Positions 23,899 through 33,165 of a DNA stretch of 33,693 bases are shown one piece after another (the stretch's first letter is position 1; every line of letters begins with the position of its first letter). Under the pieces are notes generated by a model, which did no database searches, had not been told where the DNA came from, and saw only the letters and a list, made by a program, of their open reading frames with translations. A program made the translations under genes and the position numbers. This stretch comes from an archaeon (lineage in GTDB: Archaea; Aenigmatarchaeota; Aenigmatarchaeia; GW2011-AR5): contig DATDTL010000019.1 in NCBI GenBank assembly GCA_035290885.1, positions 1 through 33,693 on the forward strand, written 5' to 3'.

Positions 23899-24737
23899 AA
23901 AAAATCGCGGCTCTGTTCGTTCTTTTGGCGTACGTTTCTGCGGCTGCCAGCATAAGCATTCAGGACCCCCTTCTGAAAGTGGAAATTGCAAAATATTCGC
24001 CATTTCCTGTGGAGCCGGGGAAGTTCCTGACCCTGTGGATCAAGGCCGAAAACGTGGGCGGAAACGGCGCGAAAAACGCCGTGTTCACGCTTGAGCCTGA
24101 ATATCCGCTGAAGCTTCTGGAAAACGGGACGAAGAATTACGGGCTCATTGACTCGGGCGCAGACGTGCTTCTTGAATACCGCTTTGCGGTGGATGCCGAC
24201 GCTCCGGACGGCCTTGCCAATGTCAAGTTCTATTATTCCTTGGGCGGCACGGGAAGGTTCGTCAAGAATTTCACCGTGGCAGTGGAAAAGTCGAAGAACC
24301 AATCGGACCTGCGGGCGCTTTTCGTGGACGCGATCCCCCAGCCGGCTGCCGGAGGCAAGACCACGCTTACCGTGGACGTTGCCAACGCGGCATCGGGAAT
24401 GGCATACTACGTCATAGCCCGCGCAAAGACGCCAGCAGGCGAGATAAGGAGAAGCAGCATATACGTTGGCAACCTTGGCCCGGATGATTTCGATTCCATG
24501 GATTTTGACATTGACGTTGGCAACGTGACGGCTGGCATCTACCCCGTGAACGTGGATTTTGAATACAAGGACAAGGACGACAGGGTACATACGGCCGGCG
24601 ACATCGTTTACATAAAAGTCGCGCCTCCTGTTGAAGGCAGCGCCGGCACCCCGCTGCTCATGTACGCCGCATACGCCATAATCGCCGCGGCACTGGCCAA
24701 GTTTGTCATCCTTCCGCTGAGAAGGCGAAAGAAATGA
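23895..24737 (+). CDS. Secreted/anchored beta-rich protein (CARDB / S-layer-domain-like) of the ABC operon
   Basis: 280 aa. Signal peptide MKKIAALFVLLAYVSAAAS, repeated beta-sandwich-like segments (..PGKFLTLWIKAENVGG..; ..GGKTTLTVDVANAASG..), and a C-terminal TM anchor followed by RRRKK. Its start and stop overlap the flanking ABC genes. Confidence 0.65.
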   Translation: MKKIAALFVLLAYVSAAASISIQDPLLKVEIAKYSPFPVEPGKFLTLWIKAENVGGNGAKNAVFTLEPEYPLKLLENGTKNYGLIDSGADVLLEYRFAVDADAPDGLANVKFYYSLGGTGRFVKNFTVAVEKSKNQSDLRALFVDAIPQPAAGGKTTLTVDVANAASGMAYYVIARAKTPAGEIRRSSIYVGNLGPDDFDSMDFDIDVGNVTAGIYPVNVDFEYKDKDDRVHTAGDIVYIKVAPPVEGSAGTPLLMYAAYAIIAAALAKFVILPLRRRKK

Positions 24738-25927
24738 TACTAAAGCTGTTTTCAATAGCCCTGAAAAACGTTTCTCACAGGAAGGCAAGAAGCCTGCTTA
24801 CAATAACCGGCATCACCATCGGCATAGCCGCGGTGGTGGCGCTGATAACGATAGGCAACTCCCTCACCTTCGCGGTATCGGACCAGCTTGAGAAGCTCGG
24901 CTCTGACAAGGTCATCGTTTCGCCGAAGATGACGAGAAGCTTCGGCCCGCCGGTAGGATCGGCAGGGCAGCTAACCGAGCAGGACCTTGACGCAATAAGG
25001 CGCCTGAAAAGCGTGGACATAGCGATTCCCATACTGATAAAGAGCATTCCAATCGACTTCAAGGGCGCCAAAGCCACGGTCACGGTTACCGGCGTGCCCA
25101 CGTCGCAGGCATCAAGGTTCTTCTCGGACGTCCAGAACTACGAGATTCAGGAAGGCCGGTTCATGCGGGAAGGGGAAAGGTCCGCTGCCGTCATAGGCGG
25201 CAGGATATCCGAGGACCTGTTTGACGGAAAGCTGAAGCTCAGAAACAAGATCGTGATCCTCAACAAGGACGTCAGCGTGGTCGGCGTCCTTAAGCCCGTG
25301 GGCAGCCAACAGGACGACACGTCCGTAATAATGTCCATAGAGGCACTGCGCGACATAACCGGCAACGGCAAGGAGATATCGTTCATATTCACGAAGGTTT
25401 TCGGCGACCCTGAAAAAGCCGCAGAAGAAATACAGGACAAGCTCGCGTCCATCCACAGGGAAGACCTGTTCGTCGCGATAACTTCCAAGCAGCTCATAAG
25501 CCAGATAAACGGCGTCTTTGGCGTGATGTCCATAGTGCTCAGCGGCATAGCGGGCATATCCCTGCTTGTGGCGGCCTTTGGGATAATGAACACCATGCTC
25601 ATGAGCGTGATGGAAAGGACGCGGGAAATAGGCACGCTGAAGGCCGTGGGCGCCAGAAACTCCCACATAATCATGCTTTTTCTGATAGAGTCCGCCATGG
25701 TCGGCACGCTGGGCGGAGTCGCAGGAACCGCCATTGGCTTTGCCACGACCGCAGGAATAGCCGGCGCGGCGCAGAACCTTGTCGGGATAACCATGAAAGT
25801 CCAGCTTGACTACGCCCTCATGCTGTTTGCCGTTCTGTTTGCGGCTGCGATAGGCATCGCATCCGGAACCTATCCTGCATACAAGGCCGCGAAGCTCAAC
25901 CCCGTAGAAGCACTGAGATACGAGTGA
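24734..25927 (+). CDS. ABC transporter permease, FtsX/MacB family
   Basis: 397 aa. N-terminal TM helix, large extracytoplasmic domain, and C-terminal FtsX-type 3-TM bundle (..MLMSVMERTREIGTLKAVGA..; ..YPAYKAAKLNPVEALRYE). Confidence 0.9.
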   Translation: MILKLFSIALKNVSHRKARSLLTITGITIGIAAVVALITIGNSLTFAVSDQLEKLGSDKVIVSPKMTRSFGPPVGSAGQLTEQDLDAIRRLKSVDIAIPILIKSIPIDFKGAKATVTVTGVPTSQASRFFSDVQNYEIQEGRFMREGERSAAVIGGRISEDLFDGKLKLRNKIVILNKDVSVVGVLKPVGSQQDDTSVIMSIEALRDITGNGKEISFIFTKVFGDPEKAAEEIQDKLASIHREDLFVAITSKQLISQINGVFGVMSIVLSGIAGISLLVAAFGIMNTMLMSVMERTREIGTLKAVGARNSHIIMLFLIESAMVGTLGGVAGTAIGFATTAGIAGAAQNLVGITMKVQLDYALMLFAVLFAAAIGIASGTYPAYKAAKLNPVEALRYE

Positions 25928-26290
25928 ACCTCCTCTGGCATAGAATCTGCACCGCTTCATTTTGACATGGCGTGGGATTATCTGCGTGGTAATCCCGTGG
26001 TTTACGGCATTATTGAGCCCGTCAATTGGCATCGGACAATACCCAACGTCTACTAATCAGGTAAACTACCCGCTACTGTGGCGAAAATGACGATAAAGAA
26101 GCGGGCGTTGCGGAAACAACAGGAAATGCCAAAAAGCCCTCATGATTGTTGATGCGCTTATTCCCCTTGATTTTTCTTAACGTCGTAGGCACCGTTCAAA
26201 CGGGTCTCCATCGCCTCATCCACCCACTCAAGCCAAGTGGTTTTCGATATGCGGGTTATAAACATGTTCCAAAATTAATGTTCTTTGCTA

Positions 26291-26971
26291 TTACTTCTTT
26301 ATGCTTTGCAGCAGATCAGAAGTGTTTATGGATATCTTGCCGTCTTCTATGACGCCTATTTCCACGGTTTCCTGAGAAAGCTCCTCTTCGGCTTCTTTCA
26401 AGGATTTTAGCGCGAGCGTCAGCGCCTGCTCTTTCGTCATCTTTTTCTTGTAATTCGCAACCAGATACTTCTTCGCCTTCTTGCTGCCACGGCCTATGGC
26501 TTGGGCACGCCATTCCCTGAAGGCGCCGGAAGGGTCTGTTTCAAAAAGATGGTAAGAGTCTTCTTCCTGACCTGCGATGAGCAGGGACACGCCGAATGGC
26601 CTCATGCCGCCTACCTGCGTGAATTTTTGCAGTCGGTCTGAAATATCCTTGACCAAGGTCGTCACTTCTATCGGCTGGTCGTAGGTTATCATGTTGACCT
26701 GCGAGCGGACGCGGGCGTAATCCAGAAGCACGCGGGAATCGGACAGTATGCCGCAGGAAGCCGCGATTATGTGGCTGTCCACCTTGGATACCTTTTCTAT
26801 GCTTTCCGGAACTATGAGTTTTCTGAGCGTCTTTGTTGCGGCTATGACTACGCCGTTCTGGAAAACGACCCCGACAAGGGTAGGCGACCTTTCAACGGCC
26901 TTGCGCGCATACTCCACCTGATACATGCGGCCTTCGGGCGAGAAAACTACTATGGCCTGATCATAACCCAT
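26291..26971 (-). CDS. psmA: 20S proteasome alpha subunit
   Basis: MGYDQAIVVFSPEGRMYQVEYARKAV.. is the canonical alpha N-terminus. Track ORF 26291..27037 begins at a TTG inside a TATA-like ttgtataaaaat, so the ATG at 26971 is preferred. The start remains uncertain. Confidence 0.9.
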   Translation of the reverse strand: MGYDQAIVVFSPEGRMYQVEYARKAVERSPTLVGVVFQNGVVIAATKTLRKLIVPESIEKVSKVDSHIIAASCGILSDSRVLLDYARVRSQVNMITYDQPIEVTTLVKDISDRLQKFTQVGGMRPFGVSLLIAGQEEDSYHLFETDPSGAFREWRAQAIGRGSKKAKKYLVANYKKKMTKEQALTLALKSLKEAEEELSQETVEIGVIEDGKISINTSDLLQSIKK

Positions 26972-27036
26972 CTGGTTAACGTTATCTATCTCCGTAGAAA
27001 CCACCTTTTTATGCCCAAAGCCTTGATTTTTATACA

Positions 27037-27069
27037 AATAATGCCTTTGTAATCCTAAAGGGCATTATT
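27037..27069. repeat. Near-perfect 12/13-bp inverted repeat in the psmA / reductase divergent intergenic region
   Basis: aataatgccttt (27037-27048) and aaagggcattatt (27057-27069), separated by 8 nt. It abuts the TATA-like element upstream of psmA. Confidence 0.5.
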
Positions 27070-27146
27070 AAATGCGTGATTATATGTCCTTCAGTGTATA
27101 TCCTATGCTTTCATTTATTAATAGTTGATTCGCAGCTTGTGATATC

Positions 27147-27824
27147 ATGAAGACTATTCTTGCTACCGTACGCGAAGTGAAAAATGCTTCGCCTACCGTA
27201 AAAATAATCTCGCTGGTTCCGGAAGAAAAAATAACGTTCAAGCCCGGACAATGGATATACGTCTTTGCCGATAAGAACGGGGAGAAAGCCAAGCGCGCCT
27301 ATTCCGTGGCTTCGCATCCGGACGAGGCCGAGCTCAGTTTGTGCGTCAAACGCGTGGAGAACGGCTTCATGTCAAATTTCCTGTGCGGCCTTTCGCCTGG
27401 AAAAAAGATTGAAATATCGCAGCCGTTCGGGCTGTTCACGCTTAAAGACGCGTCAAAAGACACCGTATTCATAGCCACCGGAACCGGCATAGCGCCGTTC
27501 ATGAGCATGATTCCCGAGCTTGTCAAAACGGGCTATAGCAGGAGCGCAACCGTGATTTTCGGCGCAAGGACGCATGATGAAATACTTTACGCCGATGAGA
27601 TGAAAAAATTCTCGCAATCATTGAACGTAACGTTCATTCCTGTGCTGAGCCGCGAGGCTTGGAAGGGCGAGAAGGGGCATGTGCAGGACGCAATCAGGAA
27701 ATACGCGAAGCCGGGCTGCGAGGCCTATATATGCGGACTTATGCAAATGGTTACAGAAGTGAGGCAGCTTCTGGAAGAAATGGGCTTTGACAAAAAGCGC
27801 ATTCATTTTGAAAATTACATCTGA
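27147..27824 (+). CDS. FNR-family FAD/NAD(P)H oxidoreductase (ferredoxin-NADP reductase-like module)
   Basis: 225 aa. FAD-binding motif RAYSVAS (R-x-Y-S), GFMSNFL, and the NAD(P)-binding motif FIATGTGIAPFMS. No Fe-S cysteine cluster is present. Confidence 0.85.
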   Translation: MKTILATVREVKNASPTVKIISLVPEEKITFKPGQWIYVFADKNGEKAKRAYSVASHPDEAELSLCVKRVENGFMSNFLCGLSPGKKIEISQPFGLFTLKDASKDTVFIATGTGIAPFMSMIPELVKTGYSRSATVIFGARTHDEILYADEMKKFSQSLNVTFIPVLSREAWKGEKGHVQDAIRKYAKPGCEAYICGLMQMVTEVRQLLEEMGFDKKRIHFENYI

Positions 27825-27832
27825 GGCTTAAC

Positions 27833-28963
27833 ATGAAATATCCGTATTCGTTTGACCCGAGGAAGCGGAGGGCTGCCAAGATATATACCAGAACAAAAAT
27901 AATCAACGGCATGCTGAACGGCTTTCTTGTGCCCGTGGCGTTCCTTGCATTGTTTCTCTATTTTGGCGGGAGCGGTTTGCTGCTTAATACCCTGCCTGAA
28001 GGCTGGATTGCAGTGCCTCTCTATGCGGCTTGCTTTGCGCTAATACTGTCTGCGGTTCAGCTGCCGTTGAGGTTCTACTCCTCTTTCATCTACGAGCACA
28101 AGCACAAACTGTCTAGGCAGACGCTTGGCGCATGGGCAAAAGACTACGCAAAGTCTTCTGCGGTCTCCTATGCGTTTTCCATTGCCGCGATAACTGGCGT
28201 GTATTACATCATGTCATCGTACCAGCCGTGGTGGCTCCTTGCAGGGGCGCTATATCTTGCGCTCATGGCAGCCCTTGACTATGCGTCTCCTGTGATTATC
28301 CTTCCGTTTTTCTACAAGCTTACGCCTCTCAAGGACAGAAAATACAGGAGCAAGATACTCGCGATATGCAAAAAGCTCGGGGTCAACGGAATAAGCAACG
28401 TGCTCATTGCAAACGAGAGCCAGCGTTCCGTAAAGGCCAACGCCCTTTTCACGGGCTTCGGGCACACCAAAAGAATAGTGCTTTTTGACACGCTCATGGG
28501 CAATTTCACCAAGTCCGAGATAGAAACCGTCATCGGCCACGAAGTCGGCCACTACCTGAACCGCGACATACTGAAGGGATTCCTGCTGGAAACCGCGCTC
28601 ATATTCCCTGTATTGTACGCCTGCGACTCTGCGCTTCGTGCATTCGCGCCGGCCCTTGGCTTTGCTCCCTACAGCATAGCGTCGTTGCCGCTCTTCATGC
28701 TCGCCTACGAACTCATAGACTTCGCGCTTATGCCCTTGTCCAGCTTCTATTCCAGAAGAATGGAAAGCGCAGCCGACCTCTTCGCCCTTGACCACATACG
28801 CAAGCCCGTGGCCCAGATATCAACGGAAAAGCGCCTCGCGGACAACGCGCTGCAGGATCACGAGCCGCCCGCTTGGGCGGAAATTCTGATGTACAGCCAT
28901 CCCGCCGCCAGCAGGAGAATAAAGATGGCGGAAGACTGGATGAGGAAGAACGGGAAGAAGTAA
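27833..28963 (+). CDS. M48 family zinc metalloprotease (Ste24/HtpX-like), membrane-embedded
   Basis: 376 aa. Multiple N-terminal TM helices, HEXXH as IGHEVGHY, and downstream ESAADLFAL and SHPAASRRI, typical of M48. Confidence 0.85.
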   Translation: MKYPYSFDPRKRRAAKIYTRTKIINGMLNGFLVPVAFLALFLYFGGSGLLLNTLPEGWIAVPLYAACFALILSAVQLPLRFYSSFIYEHKHKLSRQTLGAWAKDYAKSSAVSYAFSIAAITGVYYIMSSYQPWWLLAGALYLALMAALDYASPVIILPFFYKLTPLKDRKYRSKILAICKKLGVNGISNVLIANESQRSVKANALFTGFGHTKRIVLFDTLMGNFTKSEIETVIGHEVGHYLNRDILKGFLLETALIFPVLYACDSALRAFAPALGFAPYSIASLPLFMLAYELIDFALMPLSSFYSRRMESAADLFALDHIRKPVAQISTEKRLADNALQDHEPPAWAEILMYSHPAASRRIKMAEDWMRKNGKK

Positions 28964-29104
28964 CGGCTCTTTTTGAGGTCGCCGTTTAGTCGGAGCCTTG
29001 TTGCACAATTAACGTTTAACCCCCTATATTTACAGCATCCGCATATTTTGCAACAACGCCGTCTCTATAATCTGTTTTTTAAATATTGAGAGTAAGATTA
29101 GCTC

Positions 29105-32071
29105 ATGACAAATGAAAGAACTGTCAAAGAGCGAATCACTCTTCTGTTGCAGAAATACGGTAAATTAAAGTCGAATGATGAACCTGAAAAAAGGTCGGAA
29201 GAATTCATAAGAACGTTGTTTGAGCCGCTTGGGTGGGAATGGCTCAGCGAAAACGTCATTCCCCAGAAAAAGATTCGCGGTGCGCTAACGACGACGCGCG
29301 TTGACTACCAATTCAGAAAGAGCGGCGAGTTACGGCCTTCATTTTACATGGAAGTAAAAAGATTCTCCAGTAAACTGGATAATCCGGATGACAGAAAACA
29401 GGCTTTAGATTACGGAAAGAACAGCGGCACGCGATGGGTGATTTTGACGAATTTCATCAAGTGGCGCGTTTTTAATTCCGATTATTTTGACGAACCTGAG
29501 CATGCCGAGATGTTTGAATTTGACGTAAACGACTGTCTCACAAATCCGGAATGCATGCAATGGCTATTGTTGCTGTCGTACGAGCAGGGCGGCAGTGCCT
29601 TGGACGAATACTCCAAAAAACACAAAAAATGGAAAGAAAGCGCCGATATAGAGGAAATGCTGACGGAGCAATTGGTGAAAACAAGGCAAAAGCTGAACAT
29701 AGCGATAAGAGAGCAGAATTCAATGAAGTTTGGCATTGAGCAGGACATGGAAGAGTATGTGGATTATTGTGTCCAGACTATTCTTGACAGGATAATTTTT
29801 TGCAGGATGCTTGAAGACAGCGGCGGCGACCCTGACAGGAAACTGCGCGACGTTTTGGAACGCTGGAAGAACGGCGACATGCGTGTGCAGTTTTACAAGG
29901 ACTTCCTGTGCCCGTTTTTCGCCAAGATGCACGAGAAATACGACAGCACTATATTTGACCAAGACAAAATAGACAGGCTGTCAATTAAAAACGACGAGTT
30001 TATTCCGGTATTAGAGTCGTTTTACGTTCACCCGACGACAAAACTTGGATACCGTTTTGACCTGATTAACACGGACGTTTTGGGGCACGCATACGAAAAT
30101 TATCTATCATGGAAAGCCACAGCCAAAAAGAAAGGCATTGAAGAGGAGATATACAAGCGGAAACAAAGCGGGATTTATTATACCCCGGAATTTTTAGTAG
30201 ACTTTCTGGCCAGTTCCACGCTCGGCGAACGCCTGAAGAAATGCAAGACGCCCGATGAAGTTTTGAAAATAAGGGTTTTGGACCCTGCTTGCGGCTCCGG
30301 AACGTTTCTGGTCAGGGCATTTGAAGAGTTCAAGAAATGGTTTTTGCGATACGAGCAAAACAGGAACGAAAAATCCGAGAGCCTGATGCAAACGCATCTT
30401 GATTCGCACAGCGAAACATATGCGTCAAGTTTTCTTGACAAAGTGCTGGAAAACTGCATATACGGCATTGATTTAGACCCTCGCGCAGTCAGGCTTGCAA
30501 AACTTAATCTTTTCCTCAGAGCCGTCAACACGCCCAAACAGCTTCCCCAGCTTAACATAATTGAAAGGAATTCTCTCGTTTGGGACAATGACGTTCCTAC
30601 AAAGATATCATTCAAAATTGAAAGGGATTTTCCGCTTGTCGCTGAAAATGGCGGATTTGATATAGTTCTTGGAAATCCGCCGTGGGAAAAATGGAAGCCA
30701 AATTCGCAGGAATTTTTTGAAGTATTCGATCCCGGGTTCAAGAGTCTGCCTACGCAGGAAGCCAAAAAAAGAATGGAAGAACTTCTGAAAAAACCTATAG
30801 TAAAGAAACTTTGGAAAGATAATCTAGGAAATTATGAAATGTATTCCACGATTTTCCGTCAGAATTATAGCTGGCAAAGCGCCGAAGTGAACGGAAGAAT
30901 GGTATCTGGCGACATAGACCTTTACAAGATATTTACCGAACGCGCGCACCAGCTGCTCAAGGACGGCGGCATGGCAGGGTTCGTGATACCAAGCGGAATA
31001 TACACTGATTTGGGCGCGAAAGGGCTGCGGATGATGCTGTTTGAGCATTCGCAGATAAAAGCGCTTTATTCTTTTGAAAATCGCGGGCATGCAATCTTTC
31101 CAGATGTTCACGCAAGCTACAAACCTATATTGTTAGTATTTCAAAAGGGCGGAAAGACTTCGTCGTTTCCGTGCGCGTTCTTCCTGCATTCGGCGGAAGA
31201 TTTGCAGAATGCGATAGCTAATCCGACTATCATGGATACGGATTTTGTCAAGATGTCTTCTCCAGACTCATTCACTCTTCTGGAAATTAAAACGCATAGA
31301 GATTACGCGCTTGTTAACAAACTCCTCAAGAATCCTTTACTGGGTAGCAAAATTGATGATGGATGGAACTTTTCCATGCAAAGCGGATTTCACATGAGCA
31401 ACGACAGCCATCTATTCAAAACAGGAAAGCTTGCCGGCATTCCCATGTTGGAAGGCAAGAACATTGAACAATTCACGCACCAATGGAAAGAAGCTCCAAG
31501 GCCGCGATACACGATAGACGGGAAAGACGTATTGGCGAACCTTAAGGAAGAGAAGCGTTATCACACTGCGTATTGGATGGCATATAGGCTTATCGCAAGC
31601 TCTACGAATTACAGAACATTTATTTCAACCGTTATTCCGCCGGGGTATGTGTGCGGCAATTCTCTGGCGATTGTTCGTTTGCCGAGCCTAAAACAGTTAT
31701 GTTACTTGGTTGGTGTGATGAACAGCGTTGTTGTTGATTATTTCTTACGCCAGAAGGTTAGCGCAAACGTCAATATGTTTTATTTTCTACAGACACCCGT
31801 CCCGAGGCTTTCCTCCGGAAAGGAGTTTGATTTTGTCGTAAAAAAGGTTGCGCAATTAGTCTGCACGACAGGCGAATTTTCTGAATTAAAAAAAGAAATC
31901 GGGATTGAGCATGCGCTTACAAACGAAAACGACAGGGCTTTGGCGCGGGCGCAGTTGGATGCCGCGGTAGCTAAAATATATGGCTTGACAAAGGACGAAC
32001 TCGCGTTCGTTCTGCAGCATTTCCCTAATGTTGAACAGAAGCAAAAAGAACTTGTATTGGAGCAATATTAA
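29105..32071 (+). CDS. Fused restriction endonuclease / N6-adenine DNA methyltransferase / specificity protein (Type IIG-like, Eco57I/MmeI-style)
   Basis: 988 aa. The N-terminal PD-(D/E)XK-like motif is RVDYQF...SFYMEVKRF followed by WVILTNFIKWRVF. The methyltransferase motifs are GIYYTPEFLVDFL, motif I VLDPACGSGTFLV and motif IV LGNPPWEKW. The C-terminal ~350 aa look like a TaqI-type target recognition domain (..MLEGKNIEQFTHQW..). The DNA is AT-richer than the flanks. Confidence 0.85.
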   Translation: MTNERTVKERITLLLQKYGKLKSNDEPEKRSEEFIRTLFEPLGWEWLSENVIPQKKIRGALTTTRVDYQFRKSGELRPSFYMEVKRFSSKLDNPDDRKQALDYGKNSGTRWVILTNFIKWRVFNSDYFDEPEHAEMFEFDVNDCLTNPECMQWLLLLSYEQGGSALDEYSKKHKKWKESADIEEMLTEQLVKTRQKLNIAIREQNSMKFGIEQDMEEYVDYCVQTILDRIIFCRMLEDSGGDPDRKLRDVLERWKNGDMRVQFYKDFLCPFFAKMHEKYDSTIFDQDKIDRLSIKNDEFIPVLESFYVHPTTKLGYRFDLINTDVLGHAYENYLSWKATAKKKGIEEEIYKRKQSGIYYTPEFLVDFLASSTLGERLKKCKTPDEVLKIRVLDPACGSGTFLVRAFEEFKKWFLRYEQNRNEKSESLMQTHLDSHSETYASSFLDKVLENCIYGIDLDPRAVRLAKLNLFLRAVNTPKQLPQLNIIERNSLVWDNDVPTKISFKIERDFPLVAENGGFDIVLGNPPWEKWKPNSQEFFEVFDPGFKSLPTQEAKKRMEELLKKPIVKKLWKDNLGNYEMYSTIFRQNYSWQSAEVNGRMVSGDIDLYKIFTERAHQLLKDGGMAGFVIPSGIYTDLGAKGLRMMLFEHSQIKALYSFENRGHAIFPDVHASYKPILLVFQKGGKTSSFPCAFFLHSAEDLQNAIANPTIMDTDFVKMSSPDSFTLLEIKTHRDYALVNKLLKNPLLGSKIDDGWNFSMQSGFHMSNDSHLFKTGKLAGIPMLEGKNIEQFTHQWKEAPRPRYTIDGKDVLANLKEEKRYHTAYWMAYRLIASSTNYRTFISTVIPPGYVCGNSLAIVRLPSLKQLCYLVGVMNSVVVDYFLRQKVSANVNMFYFLQTPVPRLSSGKEFDFVVKKVAQLVCTTGEFSELKKEIGIEHALTNENDRALARAQLDAAVAKIYGLTKDELAFVLQHFPNVEQKQKELVLEQY

Positions 32072-32087
32072 TGTCAGTCGTGAGAAT

Positions 32088-32291
32088 ATGTCAGCTGCAA
32101 ACAAAAAATTCCAGACTCTTATAAGAAAGGTGCATGCATGGAAAGCGCATGACTATGTGAAGGACAAGGAATTTGAAGAAGCTTCGCCTAAAAATATCAC
32201 GACCTCCGAAGTCCGTTGCTCCGCTTGCGGCTTTAAAGCCCGCTATAAATTTATCAGATGCCCTGAGTGCGGAGAGTCTCAAAAGGAGTGA
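32088..32291 (+). CDS. Zinc-ribbon micro-protein (67 aa) downstream of the Type IIG-like gene
   Basis: The ATG at 32088 lies 17 nt after the upstream stop; the track start 32028 overlaps that gene. MSAANKKFQTLIRKVHAWKAHDY...VRCSACGFKARYKFIRCPECGESQKE carries a CxxC-x10-CxxC knuckle pair. Confidence 0.45.
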   Translation: MSAANKKFQTLIRKVHAWKAHDYVKDKEFEEASPKNITTSEVRCSACGFKARYKFIRCPECGESQKE

Positions 32292-32364
32292 TTTTTACAC
32301 AGATTGCACGCCGCATAGATGCAGCATATAATCAATAAAATAAAGAAAATAAAAAAGGAATAAT

Positions 32365-33165
32365 TTACTTTGCAGCCTGCTTTACAAGCTTCCGCATTTC
32401 TTCGCCCTTCTCTTCGGCGAGGGATATCATGCTTTCTATTTCGTCCATTGAGAAGCCTGCTGCGCCGTTCTTCTGCATGGAGCACAGCTTTATGCCGTCC
32501 TTGTCCACGGTGCCGACCGTCAGGCGGGCATCAAGCGTCTGGTATTCAGAGAGCGACGGGTCGAGCAAAATTGAGTTGCCGATTTTCACGAACGTCGTGC
32601 AGAGCGGTATGCCTGACATGGGCAATTTCACATTCGTAGGCTTGCCGAAAACGGGCCTGCTGTCCTTGTCAAGCTCCGGAAGGCGCGTGGTGGCCAGCGC
32701 CGCAGCCGCGGCTATGGAAGCTGCATCCACCATGTTGCCGCCGTTGTCTATCACGTCTATGTCTACGTTTACCATCCAGACCTTCTCTCCGGCGGTTATG
32801 CAGAGCTTCTTCATGTCAATGACTTTCGATTCGCGTATTGCTCGGTCCACCAATCGGGAAAGCTCTATCGCATCCTCCCTCGGGGGGCCGGGCTCAAAGA
32901 GCGGGTCAGCGAAGGGAATGAACTCTCCTGAGACTATCAGGACTCCCTCATTCGGGCTGTCCGGGAAGGGCGTGCCCACTCCCATCTTGATGCCCGCGAC
33001 CACGAGCGTGTCGCCTATCGTGACGCGCGCCGAGCCTTCTGCTGACGAAACCGCGCCTGTTTGAATGCTCACCTTTCGCATCTCGTCAAATTGCCTTTCG
33101 TCAAGCCTTTCGCCGCTGTTCACAACCCTTCTTACCAATGCCGTATCAAGTCCTATCATTTTCAT
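32365..33165 (-). CDS. rrp42: Exosome complex component Rrp42 (RNase PH-like, non-catalytic)
   Basis: 266 aa. GERLDERQFDEMRKVSIQTGAVSSAEGSARVTIGDTLVVAGIK.. and FEPGPPREDAIELSRLVDRAIRES are typical of Rrp42. It overlaps the rrp41 stop by 4 nt. Confidence 0.9.
   Translation of the reverse strand: MKMIGLDTALVRRVVNSGERLDERQFDEMRKVSIQTGAVSSAEGSARVTIGDTLVVAGIKMGVGTPFPDSPNEGVLIVSGEFIPFADPLFEPGPPREDAIELSRLVDRAIRESKVIDMKKLCITAGEKVWMVNVDIDVIDNGGNMVDAASIAAAAALATTRLPELDKDSRPVFGKPTNVKLPMSGIPLCTTFVKIGNSILLDPSLSEYQTLDARLTVGTVDKDGIKLCSMQKNGAAGFSMDEIESMISLAEEKGEEMRKLVKQAAK

Noticed and set aside
23838-26032. 316-aa and 306-aa minus-strand ORFs (23838..24788 and 25112..26032) over the ABC transporter operon.
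   Set aside because: They are antisense shadows of three well-supported, translationally coupled plus-strand genes, with H/R/G/C-rich junk composition.
30178-30765. 195-aa minus-strand ORF inside the Type IIG-like gene.
   Set aside because: It is antisense to the methyltransferase motif region of a continuous 988-aa ORF. It has no independent signal.
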